32,000 bases of DNA. Origin: Microcystis aeruginosa NIES-2549. Lineage in GTDB: Bacteria; Cyanobacteriota; Cyanobacteriia; Cyanobacteriales; Microcystaceae. How positions within the stretch are numbered: the stretch's first letter is position 1; every line of letters starts with the position of its first letter. The notes below the pieces were generated by a model that saw only the letters and a program-made list of their open reading frames with translations, was not told the DNA's origin and did no database searches. The stretch spans positions 1,320,001 to 1,352,000 of the forward strand of contig NZ_CP011304.1 in the NCBI RefSeq assembly GCF_000981785.2, read 5' to 3'. The position numbers were made by a program, and so were the translations under genes. This document shows positions 1 through 8,956 of this stretch, piece after piece.

Positions 1-700
1 GAATCGAGGCGAAATCCATGCCTTTTTCGCGAATTACCTGCACCTGGGTGATGCCTGGTAGAGAATATTCGATCGGATCTTCGGCGGTACTGATATTAAC
101 TCCGGGGTGATTTCTTTCCGCTAATACCGAGTATAAAGTGGTGGATTTCCCCGAACCGGTCGGGCCTGTCACCAGCAACAGACCAAAGGGACGACTGGCC
201 AAGTCTCGGACAATTTGCAGGGTCTTTTGATCGGTGATTAGTTTATCTAAACCCAACTGGGTAGAGGAGTTATCGAGAATCCGTAAACAGACTTTTTCCC
301 CGTAGCGACTGGGCAGGGTATTAACCCGAAAATCCACTTTCCGCCCTTGATAAATCCGCCGAATTTTACCATCTTGGGGAAGACGACGTTCAGCGATATC
401 GAGATCGGCCATGATTTTAAAACGGGCTGTAACCGCTGGGGTAATTCTTTTCGGCAGTGGATCAAAAGCTTGATGAAGAACTCCATCTTTGCGAAAGCGA
501 ATTTTCAGGAATTCTTCTTGGGGTTCGATGTGAATATCGGAAGTCCCTTCCTGTAGAGCTTTAGCTAGTATTTTATTGACCAGGTTGATGACGGGGGCTT
601 GATTAGCGTCTCCTTCTCCGAGATCATCGGCCACTTCATCGTCAGCACCAGAGACCACCTCAATACTGGCGACAATATCGGTGAGATCCGAGAGTTTTTC
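1..700 (-). pseudogene. pilB: pilB/gspE-family type IV pilus assembly ATPase, 3' (ATPase core) part. It continues past the window start and is cut off from its 5' part by the IS at 701-1457.
   Basis: Own translation of the minus strand (codons 698-700, 695-697, ...) is stop-free to the window edge. It reads EKLSDLTDIVASIEVVSGADDEVADDLGEGDANQAPVINLVNKILAKALQEGTSDIHIEPQEEFLKIRFRKDGVLHQAFDPLPKRITPAVTARFKIMADLDIAERRLPQDGKIRRIYQGRKVDFRVNTLPSRYGEKVCLRILD...LLLVTGPTGSGKSTTLYSVLAE. Walker A GPTGSGKST lies at 140-166. It is absent from the ORF track because it has no in-window start or stop. Track ORFs 247-486(-) and 565-834(-) are other frames of the same DNA. Confidence 0.9.
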
Positions 701-723
701 GGCGTTGCATAATAGAGATATGA

Positions 724-1125
724 ATGGAGGAAATCAAAATGCAATGCCCTGAATGTAAATCTACCCATATCCGTAAAAATGGCATCAATAAACAAGGTAA
801 ACAAAATCATATTTGTGTAACCTGTGGCCGTCAATTTATTAATAACTATGAAAAACAGAAAGGCTATGACGAAAAAACGAAGCGAGAATGCCTAACTGCC
901 TATGTTAATGGGATGGGATTTAGAGGAATAGAAAGGCTAAAGGGAGTTCATCATACGACCGTAATTAATTGGGTAAAATCTGTGGGAGAATTATTGCCAG
1001 TCGCCTATGACCCAGAAACAATTCCTGAAGTAGGGGAACTGGATGAATTGGAAACCTTTGTTGGCTCAAAAAAAACAAAATCTGGGTGTGGACAGCCGTT
1101 GACCACTTTAAAAAAGGAATTTTAG
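724..1125 (+). CDS. insA: IS1-family InsA-like protein (zinc finger + HTH), upstream frame of the transposase
   Basis: Track ORF of 133 aa. It has a CxxC...CxxC zinc finger (CPECKSTHIRKNG...CVTCGRQF) followed by an HTH-like segment (GIERLKGVHHTTVINWVK). The ATG lies 23 nt inside the left IR. Confidence 0.85.
   Translation: MEEIKMQCPECKSTHIRKNGINKQGKQNHICVTCGRQFINNYEKQKGYDEKTKRECLTAYVNGMGFRGIERLKGVHHTTVINWVKSVGELLPVAYDPETIPEVGELDELETFVGSKKTKSGCGQPLTTLKKEF
1068..1075 (+). promoter_or_regulatory. Probable programmed -1 ribosomal frameshift site (A8 run) fusing InsA to InsB'
   Basis: The A8 run sits in the overlap of frame 0 (..VGSKKTKSG..) and frame -1. A -1 slip gives ..DELETFVGSKKNKIWVWTAVDHFKKGILGWVIGDHS.., the conserved junction of IS1-type InsAB' transposases. 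A second A6 run (TTTAAAAAAG, about 1107-1116) is an alternative site. Confidence 0.6.
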
Positions 1126-1433
1126 GTTGGGTAATCGGAGACCATAGTAGCGAAACGTTTCGCCCATTATGGGAATTAGTTAAGTCTTGGGGATGCTATT
1201 TTTATGTGAGTGATGGATGGTCAGTTTATCCATGTTTTATAGCAGAGGGCGACCATATAATTAGTAAGACTTATATGACCAGAGTAGAGGGTGAGAACAC
1301 ACGTTTAAGACATTATCTAGCCCGATTGCATCGCAAAACACTCTGCTATTCTAAGTCTACAGAAATGTTAGGATACTCTATTCGTTTATTAATTCATTAT
1401 CTGAAGTTTCAAGAAGTGCCTATTCCTTACTGA
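1086..1433 (+). CDS. insB: IS1-family transposase catalytic (DDE) part, InsB' frame, expressed as an InsAB' fusion by -1 frameshift
   Basis: Track ORF of 115 aa (the GTG at 1086 is only the track start; the frame is open upstream through the A8 run). It reads WTAVDHF...GWVIGDHS...YFYVSDGWSVY...VEGENTRLRHYLARLHRKTLCYSKS, the IS1 D..D..E region pattern. It ends 24 nt before the right end of the element. Confidence 0.85.
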   Translation: MWTAVDHFKKGILGWVIGDHSSETFRPLWELVKSWGCYFYVSDGWSVYPCFIAEGDHIISKTYMTRVEGENTRLRHYLARLHRKTLCYSKSTEMLGYSIRLLIHYLKFQEVPIPY

Positions 1434-1457
1434 TTCATAGCTTAATTCAGCAACGCC

Positions 1458-2044
1458 AGTTTTTCCAGTTCTTTTTCTTTTTCGAGTCTGGCTTTTTCCT
1501 TTTCTAGTTCCGGTTGGGCCCAGTGGAATTTTTCCAGTAATCTTTCGTAATCTTCGCCGGTAATCACTAAACGCTGTAAACCTAACTCCCTGGGGCGGAG
1601 GATACGATTAATATCGTCCGTAGCCTCTAGGTTGTCGGGATCGACCATGGCTATCAAAATTGAAGCCGGCTCTCCTTCGATTCGACGCAGGGGGATGAGA
1701 CGATAGCGACGACAAAGATCGATCGGAATCAAAGAATCGATCAATCTGGCTATTTCTAGTCCATCCACATCGCTCAATTCGGGGTCGAGCGATTCGACTC
1801 CGTAGAGAATTTTTAGTTCAAATAACTGGTTTTTCTTATACTGTCGCTGTAAATCCGGGGGCAAAGGTCGCCCGGTTAGTTTTTGTAATATTTCTACTAG
1901 CGATCGTCCCGATTTCCGTGTTTCCACCAGGGCCTGTTGCATTTCCTCGGCACCGATATAGCCCGACTGCACCAACTTGTTACCAAAGGGGGAAAAGTAA
2001 TTGCGTAGGGCAACGGCACGGGTTTTCTTGGCAGAAAATGTCAT
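1458..2044 (-). pseudogene. pilB: pilB 5' part (GspII_E-type N-terminal domain), truncated by the IS
   Basis: Track ORF 1442-2044(-) reads MTFSAKKTRAVALRNYFSPFGNKLVQSGYIGAEEMQQALVETRKSGRSLVEILQ...ILIAMVDPDNLEATDDINRIL, the typical PilB/GspE N-terminal domain. Its last codons (ALLN, stop) are read from the IS right end. Joining 1466 to 700 restores ...KEKELEKLSDLTDIV... in frame. Confidence 0.9.
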
Positions 2045-2284
2045 AGACGATTCCTAACCTCTCCACTACCCTTTAATCTTGCCAATTTTACTGATAAAAT
2101 TGCATTATAGCAAAAATTTTTCTCGATCACTGATTATTTATCGGGGCTGCTTATATCTAGTTACGGATCTTGTCCACAAAATGTTACATTAAGGGTTAAG
2201 CCTTGATTATTAGCTGGTACTTAAAGACCAAAATCAGCATTAAATGGTCATATATTGCCAAATTCCCCACTAAAATCCTATACC

Positions 2285-3007
2285 ATGAGTGCAGAACCAA
2301 ATACCTCAGCAATTTTCGACGAAAACCAAGAATCCTCTTCTAATTCCCCTGAATCTCTTGCCAACGAATCAGAAGCCAGTGTCACCGATGAAGCCAAAAC
2401 GGTGACGGACAAGGCCGCCTCTAGCGAGGAATTTTCCCTTCTAGACGGAATGACTATCGATTTTCTACAAGAGGAAATCGACACTCTCAAGCAGCAGTTA
2501 GAGGAGCAAACCCAACAGGTTGATGCCTATAAGAAACGCTATATCAGTCTAGCAGCCGAGTTCGACAATTTTCGCAAACGCACAGCCAAGGAAAAAGAGG
2601 AACTGGAAACAAAAATCAAGGGCAAAACCCTGATGGAAATTCTTGGTGTGGTGGATAATTTTGAGCGCGCCCGTACTCAAATTAAACCGGCTAATGATGG
2701 CGAGATGGGTATTCACAAAAGCTACCAAGGGGTCTATAAAACCTTAGTGGACAGTCTCAAGCGTTTGGGCGTTTCCCCCATGCGTCCGGAAGGTCAACCC
2801 TTTGATCCTAGCTACCACGAAGCGATGATGCGGGAGTACACCGATGAACATCCCGAAGGCACAGTGGTGGAGCAGTTAGTACGGGGATACACTCTCGGAG
2901 AACAGGTTTTGCGTCATGCTTTGGTAAAAGTGGCCGCCCCCAAAGAGACAGACCCTAATGCTGATCAGTCCGAAGCCACTTCCATTCCATCCCAGGAATC
3001 GGTCTAA
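2285..3007 (+). CDS. grpE: Nucleotide exchange factor GrpE
   Basis: Contains [25 protein letters not shown]...VVDNFERA...[21 protein letters not shown]...[17 protein letters not shown], all GrpE hallmarks. The N-terminus is an acidic/Ser-rich extension. The track start at 2255 is a TTG; I prefer the ATG at 2285 (MSAEPN..). Confidence 0.93.
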   Translation: MSAEPNTSAIFDENQESSSNSPESLANESEASVTDEAKTVTDKAASSEEFSLLDGMTIDFLQEEIDTLKQQLEEQTQQVDAYKKRYISLAAEFDNFRKRTAKEKEELETKIKGKTLMEILGVVDNFERARTQIKPANDGEMGIHKSYQGVYKTLVDSLKRLGVSPMRPEGQPFDPSYHEAMMREYTDEHPEGTVVEQLVRGYTLGEQVLRHALVKVAAPKETDPNADQSEATSIPSQESV

Positions 3008-3186
3008 AATCCCGATGGGGATTAAACTGGTTTGAGGGTTAGGTATTAGCCAGTAGGGTCTGTATTCCCTCCCTATCACCTATCCCCACTGAAAGACTTT
3101 TTCTCTCTTAACCTATTTATTCTTGGTGTGGGGTGTGGGGTTTTACCCATAAGAGCCAAAGATCTGATCCCACAAGGTTTTTAGAT

Positions 3187-3846
3187 TTATTCAGCTAACC
3201 CTCTGGCTCTTTTAATTAAAAATGCTTCTATACCCAAGGCTTTTGCTCCTTGGTAATCTTCTTTTTTACTATCGCCAATATGCCAAGCTTGTGCGGGGGA
3301 ACAATCATGTTTTTGCAGGGCGATTTGAAAAATTTCAGCATCGGGTTTAGCTGCTCCTGCATGGGAAGAAATCGTGATCGATCGAAAAAAATATTCTAAG
3401 CCTAATTCGGCCAAAACTTGGTAGATACGACTATCAAAATTAGAAATAATGCCCAACTCGATCCCCTGAATCTGCCAGAGTCTTAAAGCGGGAATGACAT
3501 CCTCGTACAGGACCCAAGGCTCGGCCGTGGCAAAATGATGGTAAAGTTCGCCAAAAAAAGCCTCAAAATCGGGAAATCTTTCCAGATAACCTAAATCATT
3601 AAAAACTGCCCCAGTCAGCGATCGCCACCAGCGATACTCTAACTCAGGAATTTGTGCCGGTTCAACGTCAGGAAAAGCTAGGGGGGGAGAAGTGGGGAAA
3701 ATAGCCGAGAAAGACTGTTCTAGACTATCGGCCGCCACCTCTACCCCAAAATCCGCCGCTATTTGACTATAAATTGCTCCGACACTGCCTTTTACTCCAA
3801 AAATGGTCCCCACAGCATCGAGAAAAATAACTTGCGGTTTCTGCAT
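3187..3846 (-). CDS. HAD-superfamily hydrolase (subfamily IA, REG-2-like)
   Basis: HAD motif I at the N-terminus (VIFLDAVGTIF), ISNFD (motif II-like) and a C-terminal HIGDSKKEDYQGA (motif IV, GDxxxD). It lies 90 nt downstream of the debranching-enzyme gene on the same strand. Confidence 0.85.
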   Translation of the reverse strand: MQKPQVIFLDAVGTIFGVKGSVGAIYSQIAADFGVEVAADSLEQSFSAIFPTSPPLAFPDVEPAQIPELEYRWWRSLTGAVFNDLGYLERFPDFEAFFGELYHHFATAEPWVLYEDVIPALRLWQIQGIELGIISNFDSRIYQVLAELGLEYFFRSITISSHAGAAKPDAEIFQIALQKHDCSPAQAWHIGDSKKEDYQGAKALGIEAFLIKRARGLAE

Positions 3847-3936
3847 GAGAGTTTTGTCTATAACCGTCGAACTGAGGTTTTTAGGGTCGGCCCTTTAGGG
3901 GGCCTAACACACCTAACAATTGCTCATTTTAAAGGA

Positions 3937-5901
3937 TTATGGCCGAAATTCTCGGATCGCTTGCCAAACCCTTAATGCCTCTGCCACCGTCCATGCTTGG
4001 GCAAAAGCTCCCCTAGGGGTAAAAGGGGCATTACCATCGAAAATTTCGCTTAAATTACCGATACAGCTATCCCAAATATGATCGATCATCGGTGTTAAAA
4101 AACTCTCAGCTAGGATGGGATCGCGATAGACTTTCAGATGGGCCTCGATAAATGCCCCTAATAACCATCCCCAGACTGTCCCCTGATGGTAAGCACTATC
4201 TCTTTTTAAGCGATCGCCACTGTAAACGCCACGGTAATCAGGATGATCGGCAGTTAGCGATCGCAAACCGCGAGAAGTCAACAATTTTACAGTACAAATA
4301 TCGACAATGGCCTTTTTCTGTGGGGAATTTAATAACTCCTCCACCGACAAAGACACGGCAAAAAGTTGATTCGGTCGTAAACTGGCATCATTGCCCTTGT
4401 CCGTATCTAAAACATCGTAACAATACCCCAGAGAATCATCCCAGAAGCGAGAAAACCCTTTTAAGGTCATTTTTCTCATTTTTTCGTAATCAGTGGCATC
4501 CATGCCCAAATAATGGGCAAATTGAACCATTATTTTTAGGGCATTGAACCAAAGGGCATTAATTTCTACGGGTTTGCCGATGCGGGGAGTAATCACCAGA
4601 TCATCAACTTTGGCATCCATCCAAGTCAATTGTACTCCCGCTTCGCCGGCATAGATCAAACCATCGTCATCTAGGTGAATATTGTAGCGAGTACCGCGAC
4701 GAAACCAAGCGATCACTTCCGTTAAAGCGGGATAAATAGTTCTGAGAAACTCAAAATCTTGGCTTTGGTTAAAATAGCAACGAATGGCTTCAAAATACCA
4801 AAGAATAGCATCGACAGCGTTATATTCGGGCATTTCTCCGCCATCGGGCAGTAAATTGGGCAATAAACCCCGGTCTAGATAACGGGAAAAAGTTAGTAAA
4901 ATCTGACGTGCGATCGCAGGTCGGCCTGTAGTCAAAGTTAATCCTCTTAGGGAGATCATCGTATCGCGACCCCAATCACCAAACCAAGGATAACCCGCGA
5001 TGATCGTTTTGCCGTCCGGTTGATCCCGGAGAGGACGACTAACGATAAACTGGTCGGCAGCGAGGGTAAGTTGTTGAATCCATTCGGGCTGCTGGGGATT
5101 AATCAGACTATTTTCGTAGCGATAGCGAGACTCTAGAGAAGATTGACCGTCTAAATTCGGATCGGGACGGGTACTAGCGGCAATTGTCACCGATTCTCCT
5201 ACTTTGAGAGTAGCCGAAAAACTAGCCCCATGGAGATGATTTTCCCGATCGATTAAACCACGATAACGTTCCACGGCCAAATCAAAGCGATAATACCAGA
5301 TATGAGCGGGAAAAACCTGTCCCTGACTGATTAATAGATAAAAAGGTACAGCATGGTTATATGCAATCACTCTGACTCCTTTTTCTAGAGGACTAATATC
5401 CATTTGCCAGTTAAAACTCTGGGTATTGCCGTGAAAATCACGATAATTGACAAAAGCAGTCAGATTGAGAGTTAGGGGAGAATTGCCGCGAAGGTAGGTA
5501 TAGTGAGTATAGGTGGTATTTTCTCCCTGTTCCATCCAGATACGCTTTTCTAGTAAGGCATCCCCACAGGTAAAAGTCCAGACGGGAATTGTGCCTTCCA
5601 GATGAAAACTTTCGATATTAATATAGCCTTGCGGTTCGATCGTAGCACCTAACCAGCGATTGCTGGCCAGATGATAAATTTTCTGGTTATATTGTACCGA
5701 TTCATCGATTTTAGTCACAAGAAGCGTTCTTTGCGTCGGTGGAGCCAAAGCAGCGATCAAGAGGCCATGATAACAGCGAGTTAGCAATCCGGCCACAGTT
5801 CCCGCAGCAAAACCCCCAATACCATTAGTGACTAACCATTCCCGCTTTTCAGCCACCGGGAGACAATTACAGATATCTCGACCGAAACGGAGCTTGACCA
5901 T
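3937..5901 (-). CDS. Amylo-alpha-1,6-glucosidase / glycogen debranching enzyme (archaeal-type GDE_N + GDE_C)
   Basis: 654 aa. The N-terminus EWLVTNGIGGFAAGTVAGLLTRCYHGLL and the core GYPWFGDWGRDTMISLRGL...RPNQLFAVSL...AYHQGTVWGWLLGAF are characteristic of the GDE_C six-hairpin glucosidase family. Confidence 0.88.
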   Translation of the reverse strand: MVKLRFGRDICNCLPVAEKREWLVTNGIGGFAAGTVAGLLTRCYHGLLIAALAPPTQRTLLVTKIDESVQYNQKIYHLASNRWLGATIEPQGYINIESFHLEGTIPVWTFTCGDALLEKRIWMEQGENTTYTHYTYLRGNSPLTLNLTAFVNYRDFHGNTQSFNWQMDISPLEKGVRVIAYNHAVPFYLLISQGQVFPAHIWYYRFDLAVERYRGLIDRENHLHGASFSATLKVGESVTIAASTRPDPNLDGQSSLESRYRYENSLINPQQPEWIQQLTLAADQFIVSRPLRDQPDGKTIIAGYPWFGDWGRDTMISLRGLTLTTGRPAIARQILLTFSRYLDRGLLPNLLPDGGEMPEYNAVDAILWYFEAIRCYFNQSQDFEFLRTIYPALTEVIAWFRRGTRYNIHLDDDGLIYAGEAGVQLTWMDAKVDDLVITPRIGKPVEINALWFNALKIMVQFAHYLGMDATDYEKMRKMTLKGFSRFWDDSLGYCYDVLDTDKGNDASLRPNQLFAVSLSVEELLNSPQKKAIVDICTVKLLTSRGLRSLTADHPDYRGVYSGDRLKRDSAYHQGTVWGWLLGAFIEAHLKVYRDPILAESFLTPMIDHIWDSCIGNLSEIFDGNAPFTPRGAFAQAWTVAEALRVWQAIREFRP

Positions 5902-5928
5902 GAGCTTCCCAATTCCTAGTAATTTTGT

Positions 5929-5934
5929 TATAAT
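5929..5934 (+). promoter_or_regulatory. Candidate -10 box (TATAAT) for the rpmH-rnpA-yidC operon
   Basis: A perfect TATAAT lies 58 nt upstream of the rpmH start, with TTCCCA (5906-5911) at 17-bp spacing as a weak -35. This is a sequence match only. Confidence 0.3.
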
Positions 5935-5991
5935 TGAAAATTGTGTCTTTATATCTATAGAGTAACTCTATCTTAAGGAGGAAAATCAGCA

Positions 5992-6129
5992 GTGAGTAAA
6001 CGTACTTTAGAAGGAACCACGCGCAAACAAAAGCGCACTTCCGGATTTAGAGCGAGAATGCGTAGCGTCAACGGACGTAAAGTCATTAAAGCTCGTCGGA
6101 AAAGAGGGCGCTATCGTTTAAGTGTTTAG
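5992..6129 (+). CDS. rpmH: 50S ribosomal protein L34 (45 aa), below the ORF-track size cutoff
   Basis: Own translation from GTG 5992: [45 protein letters not shown], stop TAG 6127-6129. The SD AAGGAGG is at 5975-5981. It sits in the conserved position directly upstream of rnpA. Confidence 0.95.
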
Positions 6130-6155
6130 GTTATTCTGGGAACCGACTAATTTTC

Positions 6156-6518
6156 GTGGGACTACCCCAAATTCATCGCTTAAAACATCGACAGGATTTT
6201 CAAGCTGTCTATGGAACAGGGAAGCGTTATCACGGTTCCCACTTAACCTTAATTAGTTTAGAGGATTCTTGCCCAGATGCCCCCGGCCCCAGTCGTTTTG
6301 GTATCTCGATTAGCAAGAAAGTTAGTAAAAAAGCGGTGGTTCGTAATCGACTAAAAAGGCAAATACGAGCGGTAATTCGGCAGTTATTGCCAGAAATAGC
6401 GGCAGGATGGCGAGGGATAATCATTATCCGTCCAGGAGCGATCGAGTGCAATTATGAACATTTTTTGCGAGAATTAAAGCAGTTGTTAGTGAAGGCGAAT
6501 ATAATTCATGGGCATTAA
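6156..6518 (+). CDS. rnpA: Ribonuclease P protein component
   Basis: 120 aa with a GTG start. It has [19 protein letters not shown] and the RNR motif ([15 protein letters not shown]). Synteny is rpmH-rnpA. Confidence 0.92.
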   Translation: MGLPQIHRLKHRQDFQAVYGTGKRYHGSHLTLISLEDSCPDAPGPSRFGISISKKVSKKAVVRNRLKRQIRAVIRQLLPEIAAGWRGIIIIRPGAIECNYEHFLRELKQLLVKANIIHGH

Positions 6519-6903
6519 AGAAGAAACTTTTTATGAAGGCGGTCCGCACATCGGCGACCTAATCATCAATATCCTGCTAGGATTTACGGTGATTTGTTTG
6601 CCTTTAACCGTTGGGGCAGTGGTACGGGCAATCTGGTTAAGATATAAGATAACCGATCGGCGGATTTCGATCACCGGGGGTTGGATGGGACGCGATCGCA
6701 CAGATATTATCTATTCAGAAGTGGCAAAAGTGGCAAAAATGCCGAGAGGAATTGGTGTTTGGGGGGATATTGTCGTAACTCTCAAGGATAGAAGTCGTTT
6801 AGAAATGCGCGCGATGCCGAAATTCCGAGAAATTCATGACTATATTGCCGAAAGAGTCGCCGATAAAACCGGTCGTCCCCTAGAATCGATCATAAGTCAA
6901 TAA
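6508..6903 (+). CDS. PH (bPH_2/YdbT-like) domain membrane protein conserved between rnpA and yidC in cyanobacteria
   Basis: 131 aa. It overlaps the rnpA stop by 11 nt. It has two N-terminal hydrophobic helices followed by [25 protein letters not shown], a bacterial PH-domain pattern. Confidence 0.8.
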   Translation: MGIKEETFYEGGPHIGDLIINILLGFTVICLPLTVGAVVRAIWLRYKITDRRISITGGWMGRDRTDIIYSEVAKVAKMPRGIGVWGDIVVTLKDRSRLEMRAMPKFREIHDYIAERVADKTGRPLESIISQ

Positions 6904-6988
6904 AACAAAATAATCGATCGCCGAGATTCGATAAATTAGATTTGTTACAAGTGAACCCCCATTAAACGAGAAGACATAGATTAAACCC

Positions 6989-8137
6989 ATGGATTTTGGA
7001 GTCGGATTTATTTCCACAAATATCATGTTGCCAATCCTAGATTTTTTCTTTCGGATTGTGCATAGTTACGGTTTCGCCATCATTGCTTTAACGCTGGTGG
7101 TGAGATTTGCCGTCTTTCCCCTCAGTGCCGGCCAGATTCGCAATATGAGAAAAATGCGAATCACTCAACCCTTAATGAAGGAAAGACAGGCAGAAATTCA
7201 ACAACGCTACAAAAACGACCCGCAAAAACAACAGGAGGAAATGGGCAAATTAATGCAGGAGTTGGGCAATCCCCTAGCCGGTTGTTTACCCCTGTTATTA
7301 CAAATGCCGATTCTTTTGGCTTTATTTGCGACGCTGCGGGGTTCCCCCTTCTCGGATATTAACTATACCGTCGATTTACAGGTGCTGCCGAGCGAACAAA
7401 TCGCCCTCGTCCAGCGCCAACCCTATGGCACCAAACCCCAAAACGTCTATATTGACGAGTCTCTCCACTATCCCATTACCGCTTTTTTACCCCAAGGCAA
7501 TAAAATCGCCCCGGGAGAACAGGTAAAAATCGACCTGCAAAACGACCAGGGCAAGTCTTTGGGCCAATTAGCCACGGAAGTACCGGAAAATAACCTAAAA
7601 CCCACCTACGAGGTAGTTAAAGGTCAAGAACTGGTGCAAGTTAATGAAGACGGTTCCATCGTCGCTTTAGCCCCCGGAGATGCCAGTATTAAGGTTATCG
7701 TGCCGGGGATTGCCGCTAATACGGGTTTTCTCTTTATTGAGGCCCTGGGAAGAATTGGGGCCACCGGTCCGGATGGTGAAATTCACTGGGATATCTTGGC
7801 GATGGTGATCGCTTTCGGTATTAGTATCTATGTTAACCAAGAGTTATCCGGCGCCGGTGCGCCTTCGGGGGGAGCAGCCCAACAACAGCAAACGGTGAAT
7901 AAAATCACCCCGATAATTTTTAGTATGATGTTCCTGTTTTTCCCCTTACCGGCGGGGGTATTGATGTATATCCTAACCGCGAACATCTTCCAAACTATTC
8001 AAACGGTGATTTTGATGCGGGAACCGTTACCAGAAAACCTGCAAAAATTGGTAGCGGAACAGGAAAAAACGGAAAAATCCCGCGATGCTCTCCCCTTTGA
8101 AAAACGTTCTAGCAAGAAAAAGGAAAAAACATCGTAA
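6989..8137 (+). CDS. yidC: Membrane protein insertase YidC/Oxa1/Alb3 family
   Basis: 382 aa. It has [81 protein letters not shown] and the C-terminal [18 protein letters not shown], core motifs of the 60-kDa inner membrane insertase. Confidence 0.93.
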   Translation: MDFGVGFISTNIMLPILDFFFRIVHSYGFAIIALTLVVRFAVFPLSAGQIRNMRKMRITQPLMKERQAEIQQRYKNDPQKQQEEMGKLMQELGNPLAGCLPLLLQMPILLALFATLRGSPFSDINYTVDLQVLPSEQIALVQRQPYGTKPQNVYIDESLHYPITAFLPQGNKIAPGEQVKIDLQNDQGKSLGQLATEVPENNLKPTYEVVKGQELVQVNEDGSIVALAPGDASIKVIVPGIAANTGFLFIEALGRIGATGPDGEIHWDILAMVIAFGISIYVNQELSGAGAPSGGAAQQQQTVNKITPIIFSMMFLFFPLPAGVLMYILTANIFQTIQTVILMREPLPENLQKLVAEQEKTEKSRDALPFEKRSSKKKEKTS

Positions 8138-8631
8138 TGAGTATATGGGAGCAAAATAGCGAGAAAGCTAAACAATGGCTGGAAAAACTGCTAAAGTTGA
8201 TGGCCATGCCCGCAGATGTCCAGATTGGTGTGCAGGAATTGGGAACTGGACCTTCCTCCTGTTGGTTAATTATTGATAGCAGTCAATTGAGTCCCCAACA
8301 AGTGGAACTCCTCCTCGCTAACAAGGGTGAGGGACTGGATGCGATTCAATCCCTAGCTAATACGATTCTGAATATTGGTGTCGAGTCGGCAGAACATCAG
8401 TTCTATATTGTCGAAATCAATGGCTATCGTCAACAAAGACAGGCAGAACTTTTCGACTGGGTGAATCAAGCGGCGACGCAAGTGCGGCAAACAGGACAGG
8501 AAATAGAATTAAAAGCCCTATCTTCGGCGGAACGTCGCCAAATTCATGCCTTTTTTCAGGAAGAAAACGATTTAACCACGGAAAGTCGCGGCGTGGAACC
8601 CGATCGCAGATTAGTGATTCGTTTAAAGTAG
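8137..8631 (+). CDS. jag: Jag/KhpB-like R3H-domain RNA-binding protein
   Basis: 164 aa. Its ATG overlaps the yidC TAA (TAATG at 8135-8139). The C-terminal R3H motif is LSSAERRQIHAFFQEENDLTTESRGVEPDRRLVIR. Synteny is yidC-jag. Confidence 0.88.
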   Translation: MSIWEQNSEKAKQWLEKLLKLMAMPADVQIGVQELGTGPSSCWLIIDSSQLSPQQVELLLANKGEGLDAIQSLANTILNIGVESAEHQFYIVEINGYRQQRQAELFDWVNQAATQVRQTGQEIELKALSSAERRQIHAFFQEENDLTTESRGVEPDRRLVIRLK

Positions 8632-8638
8632 GATCAAA

Positions 8639-8670
8639 GGGTGGGGTAAACCTGCCCTCTTTTTTATTTT
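8639..8670 (+). terminator. Rho-independent terminator of the rpmH...jag operon
   Basis: The stem GGGUGGG (8639-8645) pairs with CCUGCCC (8651-8657), with loop GUAAA, followed by UCUUUUUUAUUUU. Two of the pairs are G-U wobbles, which work only in the plus-strand RNA. Confidence 0.75.
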
Positions 8671-8681
8671 AGCCAGATATT

Positions 8682-8734
8682 TCCTGTCTCGGAGTTTCTT
8701 CACCTAACGGAAGATTTTTGATTGTTGCAGGAGA
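8682..8734 (+). repeat. 53-bp dispersed element, copy A (50/53 identical to 27404-27456, same orientation)
   Basis: TCCTGTCTCGGAGTTTCTTCACCTAACGGAAGATTTTTGATTGTTGCAGGAGA. The ends TCCTGT/GCAGGA can pair, and there is an inner hairpin TCTTC-ACCTAACG-GAAGA. It lies between the jag terminator and the stop of the 69-aa gene. Confidence 0.9.
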
Positions 8735-8735
8735 T

Positions 8736-8945
8736 TTAATAACTTAACTTCAGAGCATTTACTGGTACATCATCCCAAGATTCTACGGTTCTTAAAACTG
8801 CCACCCATCCCGCTTCTTTTTGTTCGTCCGTAAGACTGGTTAACCAACTTTGATGACAATCTTTTGCCGCTTGTTCGTCTTGACAGGCAATACAAGCTTG
8901 TACTAAACCACAGGGATCAATCTGTTCATTTACCCAAATAATCAT
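8736..8945 (-). CDS. Hypothetical small Cys-containing protein (69 aa), last gene of the GT39 operon
   Basis: ATG start 11 nt after the GT39 stop. It has 4 Cys (CGLVQACIACQDEQAAKDCHQ). I recognise no family, so the coding call rests on the tight operon position. Confidence 0.5.
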   Translation of the reverse strand: MIIWVNEQIDPCGLVQACIACQDEQAAKDCHQSWLTSLTDEQKEAGWVAVLRTVESWDDVPVNALKLSY

Positions 8946-8956
8946 AGTTAATAGCC

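Larger units (their letters stand above)
701..1457 (+). mobile_element. Complete IS1-family insertion sequence (757 bp) inserted into pilB
   Basis: The 24-bp terminal inverted repeats are GGCGTTGCATAATAGAGATATGAA (701-724) and the reverse complement of 1434-1457, GGCGTTGCTGAATTAAGCTATGAA (19/24 match, first 8 identical). Identical 8-bp direct repeats AGTTTTTC at 693-700 and 1458-1465 flank the element, a target-site duplication of the size IS1-family elements make. Two overlapping ORFs in the 0/-1 frames with an A8 slippery run give the InsA/InsB' layout. The size is typical of IS1. Confidence 0.9.

Noticed and set aside
247-834. Track ORFs 247-486(-), 347-556(+) and 565-834(-)
   Set aside because: They lie inside the pilB ATPase-core fragment but in other frames or on the other strand. 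The real pilB frame, with Walker A and GspE motifs, is open across the whole region. The 565-834 ORF merely reads from inside the IS across the junction.
2278-3079. Antisense ORFs 2278-2490(-) and 2876-3079(-) over grpE, and a hairpin AATCCC-GATG-GGGATT at 3008-3023 as a possible grpE terminator
   Set aside because: The ORFs are shadow frames of a well-supported gene. The hairpin has only 6 bp and no following U-tract, so I did not list it as a terminator. I also looked for a CIRCE element (TTAGCACTC-N9-GAGTGCTAA) upstream of grpE and saw none.
3887-3904. Hairpin GGCCC-TTTAGG-GGGCC between the debranching-enzyme and HAD genes as a terminator
   Set aside because: The stem is short and no U-tract follows on the minus strand. 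The two genes are 90 nt apart on the same strand and may be co-transcribed.
3763-4547. ORFs 3763-3975(+) and 4152-4547(+)
   Set aside because: They are antisense to the HAD start/spacer and to the debranching-enzyme gene, with no RBS and implausible sequence.
6230-7526. ORFs 6230-6451(-) and 7326-7526(+)
   Set aside because: They are alternative frames inside rnpA and yidC, which have strong family motifs.
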